A DNA stretch of 39,817 bases, from the NCBI GenBank assembly GCA_029977425.1, contig JAPOKX010000003.1, forward strand, positions 1 to 39,817. Direction: 5' to 3'. This stretch comes from Actinomycetota bacterium (GTDB taxonomy: Bacteria; Actinomycetota; Actinomycetes; S36-B12). The notes under the pieces were generated by a model. It did not search any database and was not told the DNA's origin. It worked only from the letters and a program-made list of their open reading frames with translations. The position numbers and the translations under genes were made by a program. This document shows, piece after piece, positions 38,780 to 39,817 of this stretch; within the stretch, counting starts at the first letter, position 1, and each line of letters opens with the position of its first letter.

Positions 38780-38843
38780 TGGGCGTCTCCCGGCTCAGCG
38801 CCGAGCGACCCGGAGAGTGTACCCGAGCGCTCGTGAGGCCATG

Positions 38844-39817
38844 TCAGCCGGTGCGCGCCAGGGAGAGCCGTCGCAGGGTCTCTTCGCGACCAAGGATCTC
38901 CATCGACTCGAAGAGCGGAGGGGAGACGCGCCTGCCCGTGACGGCGATGCGCACGGCGCCGAAGGCGACCTTGGGCTTCAGGCCCAGGCCGTCGATGAGC
39001 GCACCGCGCAGTGCCTGCTCGATCGGCCCGGCCGCCCACTCCCCCAGGCCTGCGAGCGCCTCGGTGCTCGCGGCGAGGACCCGCTGGGACTCCTCGTCCG
39101 CGACCGACTGCTCAGGGTCGATCGCGAAGTCAGCGGGGTCGACGAAGAGGAAGCCGAGCATGCCCACGGACTGCGCGAGCGTCTCCATGCGCTCCTGCAC
39201 GAGCGGCACGGCGAGGGCCAGGGTCTCGCGCTGGCGTGCCGTGGGCGGATCCGCGACGAGCCCGGCGCGCTGAAGGAAGGGCACGACGCGCTCGCCGAAC
39301 TCCTCGGGCGAGAGCGAGCGGATCCAGTCGCCATTGATGGCCGTGCACTTCTTCAGATCGAAGCGCGCCGGGTTGGGGCTCACGCGGGAGATATCGAAGG
39401 CCTCGGCCATCTGGCGCATGGAGAAGAACTCGCGGTCCTCCCCCATCGACCAGCCCAGCAGCGCGAGGTAGTTGAGCAGGGCCTCGGGCAGGTAGCCTTC
39501 CTCGCGGTACATCAGCAGCGCCGACTCCGGATCGCGCTTGGAGAGCTTCTTGTTTCCCTCCCCCATGACATAGGGCAGGTGACCGAACCTCGGCGTGGTG
39601 CCATCGCCCACCCCGATGTCCGCCAGGGCGGCGTACATCGCGAGCTGGCGAGGGGTGGAGGAGAGCAGGTCCTCGCCGCGCAGGACATGCGTGATGCGCA
39701 TGAGCGCGTCGTCGACGGGATTGACGAGTGTGTAGAGCGGATCGCCGTTGGCACGCACGATGACGTAGTCGGGCACGTGCTCGCTGGCGAAGGTGAGTTC
39801 GCAACGGACGAGGTCGT
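38844..39817 (-). CDS. gltX: Glutamate--tRNA ligase (5' part lies outside the window)
   Basis: ITHVLRGEDLLSST, KKLSKR (KMSKS-like), ALLNYLALLGWS, VSPPLFESM; frame is open to the window edge. Confidence 0.96.
   Translation of the reverse strand, partial: DLVRCELTFASEHVPDYVIVRANGDPLYTLVNPVDDALMRITHVLRGEDLLSSTPRQLAMYAALADIGVGDGTTPRFGHLPYVMGEGNKKLSKRDPESALLMYREEGYLPEALLNYLALLGWSMGEDREFFSMRQMAEAFDISRVSPNPARFDLKKCTAINGDWIRSLSPEEFGERVVPFLQRAGLVADPPTARQRETLALAVPLVQERMETLAQSVGMLGFLFVDPADFAIDPEQSVADEESQRVLAASTEALAGLGEWAAGPIEQALRGALIDGLGLKPKVAFGAVRIAVTGRRVSPPLFESMEILGREETLRRLSLARTG

Overview
High-GC actinobacterial (Actinomycetota) core-genome segment. It is gene-dense, with most genes on the - strand. 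Read on the - strand (right to left), the order is: gltX (partial), tRNA-Gln(CTG), tRNA-Glu(CTC), leuC, leuD, HU/Hlp, [cofC +], acyltransferase, gpsA, [metB-like +], ddl, [DUF3515-like +, Lrp/AsnC +], thiL, [rpmB +], DAK2/fakA, recG, rsmD, coaD, sepIVA-like, yceD, rpmF, orphan ACP-like gene, rnc, mutM, small coiled-coil gene, smc, ftsY, amtB, glnK, glnD, ffh, rpsP, khpA, rimM, trmD, rplS, lepB, lepB-like, rnhB, yraN, comM, dprA, xerC, [M23 peptidase +]. I see no prophage, transposase, CRISPR array or defence island, and no multi-gene novel system. The unusual signals are small and sit inside housekeeping operons: (1) a signal-peptidase paralogue with both catalytic residues replaced by Ala; (2) an orphan, divergent phosphopantetheine-carrier gene coupled to rnc; (3) an rplS leader whose two hairpin loops are complementary (candidate kissing-loop RNA); (4) a shared TCC(C/A)CAG promoter motif before yraN-comM-dprA and the M23 gene; (5) an in-frame uORF and triple hairpin before hup; (6) a compact bidirectional leaderless promoter. 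All calls come from reading the sequence and recognising motifs; no database search was run.
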